A stretch of 64,000 nucleotides of DNA from NCBI GenBank assembly GCA_028023455.1, contig JAQFVV010000004.1:17856001-17920000 (forward strand), in the 5' to 3' direction. The translations under genes and the position numbers were made by a program. Each line of letters begins with the position of its first letter. Within the stretch, counting starts at the first letter, position 1. Source of the DNA: Epiperipatus broadwayi (taxonomy: Eukaryota > Animalia > Onychophora). The notes under the pieces are model-generated. The model was not told the origin of the DNA, ran no database searches, and was given only the letters and a program-made list of their open reading frames with translations. Of the stretch, positions 63,864 through 64,000 are shown piece by piece.

Positions 63864-64000
63864 TAATAATCAGAAAATAATAATGAATTCTTTATAACAG
63901 CTATATAAATCTAACACTTGAAAAGGGCACCAAACCAGGTGTTGAAAAAGGCTTTTTATACAGCTGTTATAAAGAATTCATTATTATTTTCTGATTATTA
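63864..64000. repeat. Palindrome running to the window edge
   Basis: 63864-63909 is the reverse complement of 63955-64000 (1 mismatch), around a ~45-nt spacer. Confidence 0.8.

Overview
Very AT-rich eukaryotic DNA, probably from an invertebrate and perhaps an arthropod (inference from composition and repeat content). I found no intact protein-coding gene, and most short ORFs in the track are noise or transposon debris. The window is dominated by mobile-element fossils: RTE-clade and other LINE fragments, two Merlin (IS1595/ISXO2-like) elements, GTF2IRD2/SPIN-type hAT remnants and MITEs, pogo/Tigger remnants, a Helitron-like remnant, a probable solo LTR and tRNA-derived SINEs. The most interesting signal is a shared architecture in at least three unrelated small repeat families (6.6-7.5 kb and relatives at 0.5, 9.2 and 41.4 kb; 25.4-25.8 kb; 60.2-61.1 kb). 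They form long head-to-head palindromes, and each arm carries a type I hammerhead ribozyme (HHR) motif reading outward from the centre. Several have an asymmetric 3' tail and a 13-18 bp target-site-like duplication. One family has a textbook HHR consensus, one couples a tRNA-like Pol III head to a minimal HHR, and one shows an apparent compensatory A3-U8 core variant. All ribozyme calls are from motif and pairing inspection by eye; activity is untested.
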